From the NCBI RefSeq assembly GCF_013122565.1, contig NZ_CP053258.1: a stretch of 64,000 nucleotides of DNA, one strand, 5' to 3'. Below are positions 1 through 15,122 of this stretch, in pieces. This DNA is from Escherichia coli. Lineage in GTDB: Bacteria > Pseudomonadota > Gammaproteobacteria > Enterobacterales > Enterobacteriaceae. The notes under the pieces were generated by a model. That model saw nothing but the letters and a program-made list of their open reading frames with translations, searched no databases and had not been told where the DNA came from. Numbering within the stretch: the first letter of the stretch is position 1; every line of letters begins with the position of its first letter. The translations under genes and the position numbers were made by a program.

Positions 1-539
1 TTGCGCCGATGGCCAAAGCCTTGCATGACAGTTTCGGGATAGAAGTCGGCACGATGACGACCATTCATGCCTATACTGGCACCCAGTCACTGGTGGATGG
101 CCCGCGTGGTAAAGATTTACGTGCTTCACGCGCCGCGGCAGAAAATATCATTCCCCACACTACGGGGGCGGCAAAAGCCATTGGTCTGGTGATCCCGGAA
201 CTGAGCGGCAAACTGAAAGGTCATGCGCAACGCGTGCCGGTGAAAACAGGTTCGGTCACTGAACTGGTATCGATTCTCGGAAAAAAAGTGACTGCCGAAG
301 AGGTGAATAACGCACTTAAACAAGCAACCACCAATAACGAGTCATTTGGTTATACCGATGAAGAAATAGTCTCTTCCGATATCATTGGCAGCCATTTCGG
401 TTCGGTGTTTGATGCCACGCAAACGGAAATTACCGCCGTGGGCGATTTACAACTGGTGAAAACGGTCGCCTGGTACGATAACGAATATGGCTTCGTCACG
501 CAGCTTATTCGCACCCTCGAAAAATTCGCTAAACTCTGA
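1..539 (+). CDS. gapC: glyceraldehyde-3-phosphate dehydrogenase, C-terminal part (5' end lies outside the window)
   Basis: ORF 9..539 stays in frame to the window edge; translation is a GAPDH C-terminal catalytic domain; sits next to aldA as in K-12, where gapC is a pseudogene. Intactness of the whole gene cannot be judged here. Confidence 0.8.
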
Positions 540-580
540 CGCGCACAGGCGGAGGAAAAAACCTCCGCCTCTTTCACTCA

Positions 581-2020
581 TCAAGACTGTAAATAAACCA
601 CCTGGGTCTGCAGATATTCATGCAGGCCATGTTTACCATCTGCGCCGCCAATACCGGATTTACGCCATCCGGCGTGGAAGCCTTGCATAGCTTCGAAGTT
701 TTCACGGTTGATGTAAGTTTCACCAAACTTCAGCCCTTTAATGGCTTTCATCGCGACGTTCAGATTTTGGGTATAGATTGATGAGGTCAGGCCGTAATCA
801 CTGTCATTAGCCATTGAGATAGCATCTTCCAGCGTGTCAAATGCGACAACTGGCAGCACCGGGCCAAAGGTTTCCTCATGCATAATCGACATTTCCTGGC
901 GAACATCCAGCAGCAATGTCGGCGGATAATAATATCCTTTCCCCTCTACCGCTTTGCCACCCAACGCCACTCTCGCCCCTTCTTCTACTGCGCGCGCCAC
1001 TTTTTGCTCGACCCTTTCCAGCGCCGCGGCGTTAATCAACGGCCCCATCGCAATGTCGTTGCGTTCAGCGGGGTTACCAAATTGAACCGCCTGCATCGCT
1101 TCACCCAGCCGATTGACGAACTGATCATAAATGCCTTTCTGTACATAAACACGTTCTGCACAGTTACACACTTGCCCACTATTAATGACGCGTGAATCAA
1201 CGATGGCTTTGACTGCCAGTTCAAGATCGGCATCGTCCATTACGATAGCTGGTGCTTTACCACCCAATTCCAGACACACTTTAGTGATGTTTTTCGCCGC
1301 AGTCGCCATGATCTTCTCACCTGCAGAGACGCTGCCTGTCATACTGACCATTGCGACCTTTGGGTTACCCGCCAGTTCTTGCCCAACGGTTTCACCACGC
1401 CCCAGAACAAGGTTAAACACGCCGCGCGGAAGGCCTATTTCATCGACGATTTTGGCGAATGCAATCGCATTGTTTGGCGTAAATTCACTGGGTTTAATGA
1501 CGATGGTATTACCGGTCAAAAGAGCGGGAGCCATTTTGCGGGCAATGAGGAAGAACGGGAAGTTCCACGGCAGAATGCCGGTAGTCACGCCAAGTGCACG
1601 TTTAAACAGAAGAATATTTTCTCCTGGACGATCGCTTTGAATAATCTCGCCCTCGTAACGCCGTGCCCACTCCGCCATGTAATCGATATAGTCCGCAGTA
1701 AAAGCCACTTCGACTTCAGCCAGCTGCTGGATCTTGCCCCCTTCTTCAACAATCAGCGCACTGATTTCACTGGCGCGTTCGCGGATCCCGGCGGAGATTT
1801 TGCGCAACCAACTGGCGCGTTCAATGGCAGGCAACGCTTCCCATTCTGGTTGTGCACGTTCTGCTGCATCGATTGCCTTACGGGCATCCTCGGCCTGACC
1901 ATCGGGAATGCGGGAAATGACAGCCTCTGTAGCAGGGTTTACCACATCAATCCATGCGTCTCCACGCCAGGTAACAAACTGTCCATCAATATACATAGGA
2001 TGTTGAACGGGTACTGACAT
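581..2020 (-). CDS. aldA: lactaldehyde / aldehyde dehydrogenase A
   Basis: 479-aa ORF; N-terminus MSVPVQHPMYIDGQFV and length match AldA; aldehyde dehydrogenase family. Confidence 0.95.
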   Translation of the reverse strand: MSVPVQHPMYIDGQFVTWRGDAWIDVVNPATEAVISRIPDGQAEDARKAIDAAERAQPEWEALPAIERASWLRKISAGIRERASEISALIVEEGGKIQQLAEVEVAFTADYIDYMAEWARRYEGEIIQSDRPGENILLFKRALGVTTGILPWNFPFFLIARKMAPALLTGNTIVIKPSEFTPNNAIAFAKIVDEIGLPRGVFNLVLGRGETVGQELAGNPKVAMVSMTGSVSAGEKIMATAAKNITKVCLELGGKAPAIVMDDADLELAVKAIVDSRVINSGQVCNCAERVYVQKGIYDQFVNRLGEAMQAVQFGNPAERNDIAMGPLINAAALERVEQKVARAVEEGARVALGGKAVEGKGYYYPPTLLLDVRQEMSIMHEETFGPVLPVVAFDTLEDAISMANDSDYGLTSSIYTQNLNVAMKAIKGLKFGETYINRENFEAMQGFHAGWRKSGIGGADGKHGLHEYLQTQVVYLQS

Positions 2021-2216
2021 GGGCGACTCCTGTGATTTATATGTTTGTTTTTGGTAAATGCATTGTTAATTAACATCAATCATCAGAGAGACGGCATCGT
2101 GAAAGGACAATTCTGTGAAGGGCTTCATAAAAACAAGTGTAAAAGGAATAAAAGGCAGAAATAAAAGTCAGGAATCATGCCCGTTTGCAAACAAGTGGTT
2201 CACAAACGGGCAATTT

Positions 2217-3017
2217 TTAACGTAACGAGCGACTTTCCATCGCCTCGATGAGCACCGCATCGTGTTTAAGCGTTTGCCATGCCTGAATGACTTCTGCCGG
2301 AAAATCAACGTGAACGATAAAATCTCGCCCGCGGGGACCGTAGCCATCGCTATCATCGCGTAAACGCGGCAGCTCGCCAGTGAGTAGTGAGAGATAACGC
2401 TCAACCGGCCATAATCCTTGTAACTGATTAATAAAGATTACACTGTCTGCGTTATTTCCTAACTGAGGAACGAATCCGGGATAACTTAACCAGCGTGGTG
2501 CATCGGGATTGTCCCCGGTCATACGGCGGAACGTCGCCATCGTGCGCCGCTGCATGGTGGGGTCCTGTACAACGATAGCTGTGTGAACTCGTTCTACGGC
2601 CTGATTCAATAGCGCGATGCTAAAGCGTGCGTTTTCACCGCAGTTTGTTGACTGGTCTTCAATCCAGATTTTTTCATGCGGAATATGCCAGAACTGATGA
2701 GCGATATCCGCCAGGATGGTCGCTTCTGCTCTGCCAGTGGTGCGGATAGTGTTGTAGTGCGGATGCTGTGCGATGGCGCTATACAAAAAAGTTGTCGAGT
2801 GACCGATACCACCACTAATCAGTAAAGGAATTTGCTGATCGCGGGCAATCTTACATGCCGCATCGATAGTCGGCATAACCGCATTGCCTGCAAGGATCAC
2901 GCAATCGGCCTGATACGGCACCTCACCGGAGAAATCATCCTGCGCCAGCCACTGTCCGATAACATTTATGGCATCTATGGTTGCCGTCGAAAGCGTCGGA
3001 AACGGGGTATTGTTCAT
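2217..3017 (-). CDS. ydcF: DUF218-family protein YdcF
   Basis: 266-aa ORF between aldA and hrpA, same size and position as K-12 ydcF. Confidence 0.85.
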   Translation of the reverse strand: MNNTPFPTLSTATIDAINVIGQWLAQDDFSGEVPYQADCVILAGNAVMPTIDAACKIARDQQIPLLISGGIGHSTTFLYSAIAQHPHYNTIRTTGRAEATILADIAHQFWHIPHEKIWIEDQSTNCGENARFSIALLNQAVERVHTAIVVQDPTMQRRTMATFRRMTGDNPDAPRWLSYPGFVPQLGNNADSVIFINQLQGLWPVERYLSLLTGELPRLRDDSDGYGPRGRDFIVHVDFPAEVIQAWQTLKHDAVLIEAMESRSLR

Positions 3018-3231
3018 GGTTCCTCCTTATCGTTCCCTTAAGAATACTGCGTGAGATAATAGTGAGAAGCGGAGCACTCTGAAAGGAGGAAGTCGTATTT
3101 CCTTAACCGCCACTCCGCAAGCCTGACATATCTTTTAAGGAAATGCTGTAGATAAACATTATTCATCTTGCAGCAGAGAATTGTATTTTTCTGAATTCCT
3201 GAATTTTTGCCCTTACCGTTTTAGAATTAAT

Positions 3232-3264
3232 AAAAAACCCGGCGCTAAATGCTTACCGGGTTTT
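3232..3264 (-). terminator. intrinsic terminator downstream of hrpA
   Basis: Stem AAAACCCGG / CCGGGTTTT followed on the minus strand by a U-run, about 25 nt past the hrpA stop. Confidence 0.7.
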
Positions 3265-3288
3265 AGATTTATCAGGCAAATAGCCGCG

Positions 3289-6200
3289 TTAACCGCTAAT
3301 CTGCTCCATCGCCTGCAAAATACGCTTATCTGAAATCGGATAAGGTGTACCGAGTTGTTGGGCAAAATAGCTGACGCGCAGCTCTTCTATCATCCAGCGG
3401 ATCTCTTTCACGCCTTCATCCTCACGACGTGCGGGCGGGAGTTTGTTGATCCATTGCTGCCACGCCTGCTGGACGTTTTCGACTTTCAGCATCTGTGCAC
3501 GGTCGCGATGTGGATCAATCGCCAGTTTTTCCAGTCGTTTTTCAATCGCCTGCAAATATCGCAGCGTGTCGCCCAGCCGTTTGAAGCCGTTACCAGTCAC
3601 AAAACCGCGATACACCAACCCGCCCATCTGCGCTTTAATGTCAGAAAGCCCCAGCGCCATGGTCATATCCACCCGCCCTTTCAGACGTTTGTTGATATTG
3701 AACACCGCCGTAAGGATTTGCTCGACCTGCTTCGCAATATCCACCACCGTGTCATTCAGTTCGGCGCGCACTTTTTCATGCAGCGCAGCAAAGCCTTCTT
3801 CCGTCCAGACCGGGCCACCATTGGCGTCGATCAGTTGATCCACACCGCAGGAGATACAGTCGTCTATCAACTCCAGCACTTTGCCATACGGGTTAAAGTA
3901 CAGCCCCAGCTTGGCTTTGTTTGGTAACTTCTCATGCAAATACTTGATCGGCGATGGAATATTTAGCAGCAGTAGCCGGCGAAGACCGTTCCACATTGCC
4001 TGCTTTTGCTCCAGCGGGTTATCAAACAGTTTGATCGCCACACTGTCGCGCTCATCCACCAGCGCCGGCCACGCCTTCACTTTGTAGTTGCCGCGCTTCT
4101 GCTCGTAGCTTTCCGGCAGTTGCCCAAAACTCCAGATATGTAAGCCGCTCTGCTCGATACCGTCATCCGCCACCGCAGACAGCGTTTCCTGCACTTTGCC
4201 TTTCAGCGCATCTTTCAGATCTTGTAGCGAGCGCCCTTCTTTTAGCTTCTTGTTTTTGTCATCCACCACGCGGAAGGTGATTTTCAGGTGATCGGGCACC
4301 TGATCCCAGTGCCAGTCTTCGCGGTCAACGGTAACGCCGGTCATCCGCCGTAACTCGCGCTCAAGGCTGTCGAGCAACGGTAACTCCAGCGGTTTGACGC
4401 GGCCTAAAAACGCTTCGGCATAGTTTGGCGCAGGTACAAAATTACGGCGTACCGGTTTCGGCAACGATTTAATCAGAGCAATCACCAGTTCGCGGCGCAG
4501 ACCAGGGATCTGCCATTCAAACCCGCTTTCCTCAACCTGGTTAAGTAACGGCAGCGGAATATGTACGGTCACACCGTCCGCGTCCGCGCCTGGCTCAAAC
4601 TGATAGCTCAAACGCAGCTTGAGATTGCCCTGATGCCAGAAGTTCGGGTAATCCAGCTTGCTGATCTTTTCCGCCCCTTCTTTGATCAACATGCTCTTTT
4701 CAAAGTTGAGCAAATCAGGCGTTTCGCGGCTGACTTTTTTCCACCAGCTGTCGAAGTGACGAGCGGAGATTACATCGTGGCTGATGCGCTGGTCGTAGAA
4801 CTCAAACAGCGTTTCGTCATCAACCAGAATATCGCGGCGACGTGATTTGTGTTCAAGCTCTTCCACTTCGGCCCGCAGTTTCAGGTTTTCACGGAAGAAT
4901 GCGTGACGCGTCTGCCAGTCACCTTCCACCAGCGCGTGGCGAATAAAGAGTTCACGACATAACGCCGGATCGATCTGGCTGTAGTTGACCTTGCGCGCGG
5001 CAACAATCGGCAAACCATAAACGGTGACTTTTTCCGTTGCCATCACCGCGCCCTGCGCCCGTTCCCAGTGCGGTTCGCTGTAGGTACGTTTAATCAAATG
5101 CTGAGCGACGGGTTCCACCCATTCTGGATCGATGCGTGCCGCAATACGTCCCCACAGGCGGCTGGTTTCTACCAGTTCCGCCACCATTACCCATTTCGGC
5201 GGTTTTTTGAATAAACCTGAACCGGGGAAGATGGAGAAACGCGCGTTACGTGCGCCGGTATATTCTTGTTTATCGGCATCTTTCATGCCGATATGGGAAA
5301 GCAAACCCGTCAGCAACGCAATGTGAATTTCGCGATACTCCGCCGGTTCGCTGTTAACCGGAATGCCAAGCTCTTTCACCACCTGGCGCAACTGGGTGTA
5401 GATATCCTGCCATTCGCGCACGCGCAGATAGTTGAGATAATCGGTACGACACAGGCGACGGAAGGCGTTAGAAGAAAGCGCCTTTTGCTGCTCGCCAAGA
5501 TAATTCCACAGATTTACAAACGCGAGGAAGTCGGATTCTTTGTCGTGGAAGCGACGATGTTTTTCGTCCGATGCCTGCTGTTTGTCCATCGGACGTTCGC
5601 GCGGATCCTGAATGGAGAGCGCGGACGTGATAATCATCGCCTCACGCACGCAGCCATGTTTTTGCGCTTCCAGCACCATACGCGCCAGACGAGGGTCGAC
5701 AGGCAACTGCGAGAGCTGGCGACCGAGCGGCGTCAGTTTATAGGCGCTGGCCTGTTCATCAGTGGTGATCGCGCCCAGCTCTTCGAGCAGACGCACGCCA
5801 TCCTGGATATTGCGTTTATCCGGTGCTTCGACAAACGGGAACGCAGCGATATCGCCCAGCCCCAGCGCGGTCATCTGCAAAATAACCGAGGCCAGGTTGG
5901 TACGCAGAATCTCCGGATCGGTAAACTCCGGGCGCGAGAGGAAATCGTCTTCGGAATAGAGACGAATACAGATCCCTTCGGACACACGACCACAGCGGCC
6001 TTTACGCTGATTGGCAGACGCCTGGGAAATCGGCTCAATCGGCAAACGCTGCACTTTGGTGCGATAGCTGTAGCGGCTGATACGTGCTGTACCGGGGTCG
6101 ATAACGTATTTAATCCCCGGTACGGTCAGCGAGGTTTCCGCGACGTTGGTCGCCAGCACAATGCGTCGCCCGCTGTGCGACTGGAACACCCTATTTTGTT

Positions 6201-7191
6201 CGCTGTTCGAAAGCCGCGCATAAAGCGGCAAGATTTCGGTATGGCGTAAGTTCAGCTTGTTCAGCGCATCGGCGGTATCGCGGATTTCCCGCTCGCCGCT
6301 CATAAAGATCAGAATGTCGCCAGGGCTTTCCTGACTCAGTTCGTCTACGGCGTCAAAAATCGCCTGCAACTGATCGCGCTCGGTGTCATCGGCTTCTTCA
6401 ACTATCGGGCGATAGCGCACTTCCACCGGATAGGTCCGACCGGAGACTTCGATAATCGGCGCATTATTAAAGTGGCGCGAAAAGCGTTCCGGGTCGATAG
6501 TCGCGGAAGTGATAATGATTTTTAGGTCAGGACGCCGCGGCAGCAACTCTTTCAAATAGCCGAGCAGGAAATCGATATTCAGGCTACGTTCGTGCGCTTC
6601 GTCAATAATGATGGTGTCGTACTGCATCAGCAGGCGGTCTTGCTGGATCTCCGCCAGCAGGATACCGTCGGTCATCAGCTTGACCATCGTGTTATCACTT
6701 ACGTGATCGCTGAAACGCACTTTGTAACCGATGCAACCGCCCGGCTCCGTTTTCAGCTCTTCCGCAATACGGTTCGCCACTGTTCGTGCCGCCAGACGAC
6801 GCGGCTGGGTATGGCCGATCAGCCCTTTAATCCCACGCCCCAGTTCCATACAGATTTTCGGTAGCTGAGTCGTTTTACCGGAACCCGTTTCCCCCGCGAC
6901 GATCACTACCTGGTGGTCACGAATCGCTTCGAGTATGTCCTGCTTTTTCTGACTAACCGGCAAATTGTCCGGATAGGTAATTTCTGGTCGTGCCGCTTCA
7001 CGCAGCAGGACTTTTCCTGCCGCCTGGTCAATCTCTTTCGCCATCTCCTGGAAAATGGCCTGTTGTGCATCAGGATTTTTAACCTTCTTAACACCGTGCA
7101 GACGGCGAGAAAAACGCAGTCTGTCACGCAGCATCAGCGAATCCAGCCGCTGCTGCAAGGCAGTAAAGGTCAATTTTTGTTGTTCTGTCAT
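3289..7191 (-). CDS. hrpA: ATP-dependent RNA helicase HrpA (DEAH-box)
   Basis: 1300-aa ORF with Walker A GETGSGKT and DEAH motif (IIIDEAHERS). Confidence 0.95.
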   Translation of the reverse strand: MTEQQKLTFTALQQRLDSLMLRDRLRFSRRLHGVKKVKNPDAQQAIFQEMAKEIDQAAGKVLLREAARPEITYPDNLPVSQKKQDILEAIRDHQVVIVAGETGSGKTTQLPKICMELGRGIKGLIGHTQPRRLAARTVANRIAEELKTEPGGCIGYKVRFSDHVSDNTMVKLMTDGILLAEIQQDRLLMQYDTIIIDEAHERSLNIDFLLGYLKELLPRRPDLKIIITSATIDPERFSRHFNNAPIIEVSGRTYPVEVRYRPIVEEADDTERDQLQAIFDAVDELSQESPGDILIFMSGEREIRDTADALNKLNLRHTEILPLYARLSNSEQNRVFQSHSGRRIVLATNVAETSLTVPGIKYVIDPGTARISRYSYRTKVQRLPIEPISQASANQRKGRCGRVSEGICIRLYSEDDFLSRPEFTDPEILRTNLASVILQMTALGLGDIAAFPFVEAPDKRNIQDGVRLLEELGAITTDEQASAYKLTPLGRQLSQLPVDPRLARMVLEAQKHGCVREAMIITSALSIQDPRERPMDKQQASDEKHRRFHDKESDFLAFVNLWNYLGEQQKALSSNAFRRLCRTDYLNYLRVREWQDIYTQLRQVVKELGIPVNSEPAEYREIHIALLTGLLSHIGMKDADKQEYTGARNARFSIFPGSGLFKKPPKWVMVAELVETSRLWGRIAARIDPEWVEPVAQHLIKRTYSEPHWERAQGAVMATEKVTVYGLPIVAARKVNYSQIDPALCRELFIRHALVEGDWQTRHAFFRENLKLRAEVEELEHKSRRRDILVDDETLFEFYDQRISHDVISARHFDSWWKKVSRETPDLLNFEKSMLIKEGAEKISKLDYPNFWHQGNLKLRLSYQFEPGADADGVTVHIPLPLLNQVEESGFEWQIPGLRRELVIALIKSLPKPVRRNFVPAPNYAEAFLGRVKPLELPLLDSLERELRRMTGVTVDREDWHWDQVPDHLKITFRVVDDKNKKLKEGRSLQDLKDALKGKVQETLSAVADDGIEQSGLHIWSFGQLPESYEQKRGNYKVKAWPALVDERDSVAIKLFDNPLEQKQAMWNGLRRLLLLNIPSPIKYLHEKLPNKAKLGLYFNPYGKVLELIDDCISCGVDQLIDANGGPVWTEEGFAALHEKVRAELNDTVVDIAKQVEQILTAVFNINKRLKGRVDMTMALGLSDIKAQMGGLVYRGFVTGNGFKRLGDTLRYLQAIEKRLEKLAIDPHRDRAQMLKVENVQQAWQQWINKLPPARREDEGVKEIRWMIEELRVSYFAQQLGTPYPISDKRILQAMEQISG

Positions 7192-7382
7192 AACGTTAGT
7201 GGGCAGTAGGCTGCCTGATTAATTTTCTTTTAAATGATAGATATAGAGTACCACATCGCAGCTTTCTATGCGTTGTTCAATAAATTCGAACATAGGCTTC
7301 GATTTATTGCGCTATCTCTGTGGCAGGATTGTGAATAAAGTGTCAACAAGCAACGGGGCATCGCCCATTCAAACATCTATAA

Positions 7383-7997
<615 letters not shown>

Positions 7998-8011
7998 CCG
8001 GACACGATCTT

Positions 8012-8038
8012 GATGTGGACTGTAGTTCAGTCCACATC
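8012..8038. terminator. 10-bp-stem hairpin between convergent azoR and ynbD
   Basis: GATGTGGACT (8012..8021) pairs with AGTCCACATC (8029..8038); no clear U-run on either side, so its function as a terminator is uncertain. Confidence 0.45.
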
Positions 8039-8047
8039 TCAATCCAC

Positions 8048-11111
<3,064 letters not shown>

Positions 11112-11126
11112 TTTCTCTATTTTCCT

Positions 11127-12023
11127 TCAGTAACAGCAGTAGCGAATAAAATAAAAAAATACCGGAGCGGTGAAAATTAATGAGTCAATCCTGTCAAGGA
11201 GTCCGCCATGTCCTGGTAATAGTTTTCCACTATCTTTAACACCAATATCTCGTTTGATGGCTGACATCACTACATCGCCGCAAAAACCACTAATACCAAT
11301 TAACAAACCCGCTAATATTGCCTGTAATGTATTTAGCGGTGTCAGTAACGGTCCAATGATCATCGACGCTATCATGGTGGTGATTACGCCGCCGACCAGA
11401 CCTTCCAGCGTTTTTCCAGGGCTGACTTTGGGGACCACTTTTCTTCTGCCGCAGGATTTCCCCCATAAATACTGTGCAATATCGTTTGACTCGGTTAATG
11501 CCAAAAGAAATAACACCAGTAAGGCCCCGCCCTGGATATTTATGGATGGCAACATTAATAACCAGGCGGCATGACTCAAGGCGAAAACGGTCATTATCCA
11601 GCCCCAAAAAATGGCGCTCACGGTACGCAGAAAACCGGAGGGGTCACCCACAAAAACTCGCCAGGTGGCTAATATCAGAAACCCAGCCAAAGGTATAAAT
11701 AACAGAAACAGCTCAAAGCAATTAAAACCGATAAGCAAATAGTTAAGAGGAATAACCCAATATAACCACCGCGGAAAATGTACAGATATAAGCGTACAAT
11801 ATTCTTTCAATGCCAGAAAACTTATCAGCGCAAAAAACGTCAACGTCATCCAGCGTGGACCTGAAATCACCAGTGAAAAACAAATGACGATACCCCACCA
11901 GGTACGAATACGTAATGTAACTTCATCCCCTTTTCTCTCCGGTAACCGCCATACCAGAAAACGGTTTATCAGCGTTGCTAAAATTAACAACGCGAAAAGT
12001 GTTGCCAGAGACTTTTCCAGCAT
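11127..12023 (-). CDS. ynbB: CDP-diglyceride synthetase-like (CdsA family) membrane protein
   Basis: Longest ORF 11127..12059; internal start MLEKSLATLF at 12023 gives 298 aa as in K-12. The ATG overlaps the ynbA stop by 1 nt (TAATG). Confidence 0.8.
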   Translation of the reverse strand: MLEKSLATLFALLILATLINRFLVWRLPERKGDEVTLRIRTWWGIVICFSLVISGPRWMTLTFFALISFLALKEYCTLISVHFPRWLYWVIPLNYLLIGFNCFELFLLFIPLAGFLILATWRVFVGDPSGFLRTVSAIFWGWIMTVFALSHAAWLLMLPSINIQGGALLVLFLLALTESNDIAQYLWGKSCGRRKVVPKVSPGKTLEGLVGGVITTMIASMIIGPLLTPLNTLQAILAGLLIGISGFCGDVVMSAIKRDIGVKDSGKLLPGHGGLLDRIDSLIFTAPVFFYFIRYCCY

Positions 12024-12634
12024 TATCTTACAGCGCTCATAAGAAGCACACTCCGACAACGATTAATCGCAGTCCAGATAAGCAGAATTGAAGCAATGCT
12101 CCATAAAAGATTATTCCATTGCATCCACTGTGGATAAATGGCAACGGTCAGACCCCACAGACCAAATAATAACGCGCGATCGCTTTTGCCAAATGGACCG
12201 GCATAACTGCGAACACCGTTAATCGTCTGCGCGAGTAAACCACAATACTCGGTCAATATGGTGCAAAATAACATGAGTATCACGAGTGATGCGTTACTTT
12301 CCGGTAAAAATAAAAATGGTAAATAGAGCGCAATATCGGAAATAACATCGCCAGTCTCATTCAAAATCGCCCCCAGACGTGTTTGCTGGTTGCACTCACG
12401 CGCCAACATGCCATCCAGCGCATTGAGCGCCATACGGATAAAAAGCACGATGGGCAATAGCAAAAAGAGGATGGGTTGTGCCGCCAACATCAACAGCAAT
12501 CCGGTAAGAAGAGAAAGCGCCAGTGCATCAAGAGTGATGTGATTCGCTGTAACGTGGTGCTTATAAAGCCAAAACATCGTCGGCCTTAACAGCGACTGAA
12601 AGAGCGGTTTTATCTGGTAGAGCGTCATTATCAA
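12023..12634 (-). CDS. ynbA: CDP-alcohol phosphatidyltransferase family membrane protein
   Basis: 203-codon ORF, hydrophobic; first gene of the ynbABCD operon. The start may be 2 codons downstream (MTLYQ). Confidence 0.8.
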   Translation of the reverse strand: MIMTLYQIKPLFQSLLRPTMFWLYKHHVTANHITLDALALSLLTGLLLMLAAQPILFLLLPIVLFIRMALNALDGMLARECNQQTRLGAILNETGDVISDIALYLPFLFLPESNASLVILMLFCTILTEYCGLLAQTINGVRSYAGPFGKSDRALLFGLWGLTVAIYPQWMQWNNLLWSIASILLIWTAINRCRSVLLMSAVR

Positions 12635-12798
12635 TCCTTGATAATTCGGTTTGCGCTATGGTGCATCAATTCCCCTGACGGAGATATCGCAACACGCCGC
12701 TTCATTAAAAATTCAGAATATATCAAGGTATTGGGGACTCACCGTCAGGAATGATTATCCCCAATAAATCAAGTGGTTAAAAATTATTACGCTGTTAT

Positions 12799-15105
12799 TC
12801 AATACAACTCATCAAGTTTTCTCATCGCTTGTTCCCGTATTGCGCGCGTCTTACCGTTAAGCGCCAGCTGCCGAACTAAATCCAGTTCAGGGTTAACAAG
12901 CTCTAACGCCAGCAAAGGATCACGTTTCAGCCTCGCCTTTAATACATCAACTGGAAAACGGGGATTATTCATCGCCACAATCCACCACTCGGGATCAATT
13001 TCTGCCGCCAGTACTGCAGGCGGTGTGTGGCGGTTGTTAAGTGCGCCGAACTTGAAAAATGTGAGATTGCTTTTCGCCAGTGTACTCCACCATATACGAT
13101 CCGGTTGTTTTGCCAGTACATCCAGTTGTGCTAACGCATCGGGGTCTAGTGCATAATAAACACGTAACGCTTCGTTAACCTGCGCACGGGAACTGTTTTC
13201 CTGCCTCAGAAAAAACTTCGCCCAAATATCATTGCGTGGCGTGTTTTGCTGTAATTCCTTGAGAACAACAGCGGGTAAATTATCCCAACTAATTAATGCA
13301 CTCTCTAAAAAGTCCCAGTCGTCCGAACGTATCAGAGAGGTGGCATTTAATAGCATCTGGTCATCAACTTCACCGTAGCTGATAAGCTCAGACAAAATCA
13401 TATCAGCGCTGGTTTCATATGCAGCTGAATCTGCTTTGGGATTATTTTTCCGATGCGATAAAGCACGTTGCCAAATTTTTTGTTTCATTGACGTGCTCAG
13501 ATACTGATTTTTCGCCAGATTACTCCACCCCTCAGGATCGTTGAAACGTGTCAATAACCGTTGTAAAGCAGCGTCAGAGTGAATTACCTGCATATCCCGA
13601 CAGCAAAAGTAGGCAGGGGATTTTTTCTCCATCCTTTTAACAAAATTAAACTGTAAGTTATCTGGCAATGCTAAAAATAACACACGTATTAGATCATCGT
13701 CATTCTCGAATTTTTGGTATAAATATACTGCTATTTTGTCACTCTCTTGTGGCGTCATCCGCAACAATTGACCATGGTGTTTCATCTCTGCCAGCTTTGA
13801 CGCTAAGCTTGTGACAACATCGTTTGATGAATCGTTCGCCAACTGCATTGCCTGATTGTAGGTGAGTTGTCCTCCAGCACCGACCTGACGAATAGAGGAA
13901 TCATCACTGCGGATATAGCCATCAATAATGGATTCGGGCAATAACCACGCATCTTTATAAAGCTCCTGAATGATCATATCCCAATCTCTTTTCGCCAGAG
14001 TCATGACGATATCCAGAGGGAGATTTTCACGTAGCGCAAGATTCAACGGACCGACACCATCAGGTAGATGACTCATTCGCGTCATTATTTCGACAGAGAG
14101 CGGTTCACGGTCGAGCAACCCCAGAACAACAGGCTGGTAACCCAATTGCTGATCGGTCAACTCCAGAATCTCATTGTCAGGCATATATCTCGCCATACTT
14201 TCAATCGTTTGTCCATCATTGCTATTAATAAGTTGTTTGCGTAGGTTAGCTGAAATTCCTTTAAGCCTTGGGAGAGTTCGCATTATGGCAAGATCAAATG
14301 TCGCAATATCTCGTCCTTCAAATGCAGCAACGTTGCCTTCATCCAGCATTTGCAATTCCTGCACTAACTCAGGAGCAGGCTTAGGGCGAAACAGCGCTTC
14401 TTTTTTCATCAGATTACAGACATTCCCTGCCATGCGAATATTGCTTCGCTTAAAAATTTCTTTCAGAGCATCTTCATCATTTATTAGACCCCAATAATAT
14501 GCATCAGGATTTATTATCATCAGCGCTTTTTTGACATTTTCAGTGTCATTTTTGTCACTCGCACGGACCATGAATTCACTATTTGTCGAAGACGCAACAA
14601 CAGGTGCAATTATGTCATTGATAAATATCCCACGCGCATTAATACTCCCCTTAATTGTAGACGGATTATCGTAATATGAGTCGATAAATACCAGTCCACT
14701 TGCATTTATCGAACCGGTAATTAACAGTGGTGAATCCGTAACTATATTCGTTGCCGTCACGTTACCGAGAATAACCCATGGATTAGAAAGAGAGAAAGTG
14801 GAAATATTACCTTTGACTGTCAAATTGCCAAGAACAATCAATTTTTGATTACTCTCTATATTACCGTCTACCACTAAATCGCCACGATGCACTTTCCAGT
14901 CCGATGCAGATAAACCGAAGGGGACAAGATTCACGCTACTGTTGATAGCTTGTTCAACTTGTTGTTTATCTTCAGCGGTAGCCGCAGAAAAAAATGGTTC
15001 AATATCAACTGCATTTGCAACACATCGAAGGTCCGCCTGTACTGGAAGACTCAGCATAAACAGGGGAAGTAAACCTATCCAGCCGCAAATCCTGGCCTTA
15101 AACAT
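12799..15105 (-). CDS. ydbD: large secreted or periplasmic protein YdbD
   Basis: Longest ORF starts at GTG 15111; ATG at 15105 has a GGAG Shine-Dalgarno 5 nt upstream and gives 768 aa as in K-12; N-terminal signal-peptide-like segment. Confidence 0.8.
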   Translation of the reverse strand: MFKARICGWIGLLPLFMLSLPVQADLRCVANAVDIEPFFSAATAEDKQQVEQAINSSVNLVPFGLSASDWKVHRGDLVVDGNIESNQKLIVLGNLTVKGNISTFSLSNPWVILGNVTATNIVTDSPLLITGSINASGLVFIDSYYDNPSTIKGSINARGIFINDIIAPVVASSTNSEFMVRASDKNDTENVKKALMIINPDAYYWGLINDEDALKEIFKRSNIRMAGNVCNLMKKEALFRPKPAPELVQELQMLDEGNVAAFEGRDIATFDLAIMRTLPRLKGISANLRKQLINSNDGQTIESMARYMPDNEILELTDQQLGYQPVVLGLLDREPLSVEIMTRMSHLPDGVGPLNLALRENLPLDIVMTLAKRDWDMIIQELYKDAWLLPESIIDGYIRSDDSSIRQVGAGGQLTYNQAMQLANDSSNDVVTSLASKLAEMKHHGQLLRMTPQESDKIAVYLYQKFENDDDLIRVLFLALPDNLQFNFVKRMEKKSPAYFCCRDMQVIHSDAALQRLLTRFNDPEGWSNLAKNQYLSTSMKQKIWQRALSHRKNNPKADSAAYETSADMILSELISYGEVDDQMLLNATSLIRSDDWDFLESALISWDNLPAVVLKELQQNTPRNDIWAKFFLRQENSSRAQVNEALRVYYALDPDALAQLDVLAKQPDRIWWSTLAKSNLTFFKFGALNNRHTPPAVLAAEIDPEWWIVAMNNPRFPVDVLKARLKRDPLLALELVNPELDLVRQLALNGKTRAIREQAMRKLDELY

Positions 15106-15122
15106 ATGCACTCCATGCCATT

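Noticed and set aside
2180-2212. Hairpin GCCCGTTTG...CAAACGGGC followed by AATTTTTAA between ydcF and aldA, resembling a plus-strand terminator.
   Set aside because: No plus-strand gene ends here and both flanking genes are on the minus strand. It is more likely part of the aldA regulatory region or a ydcF 3' structure, and I cannot assign it confidently.
5266-6249. 327-aa plus-strand ORF antisense to hrpA (similar long antisense frames exist within pfo at 29690..30421, and in ydbA, tyrR and ydbC).
   Set aside because: These lie entirely inside well-supported genes on the opposite strand and have low-complexity, Arg-rich translations typical of shadow ORFs in GC-rich coding DNA.
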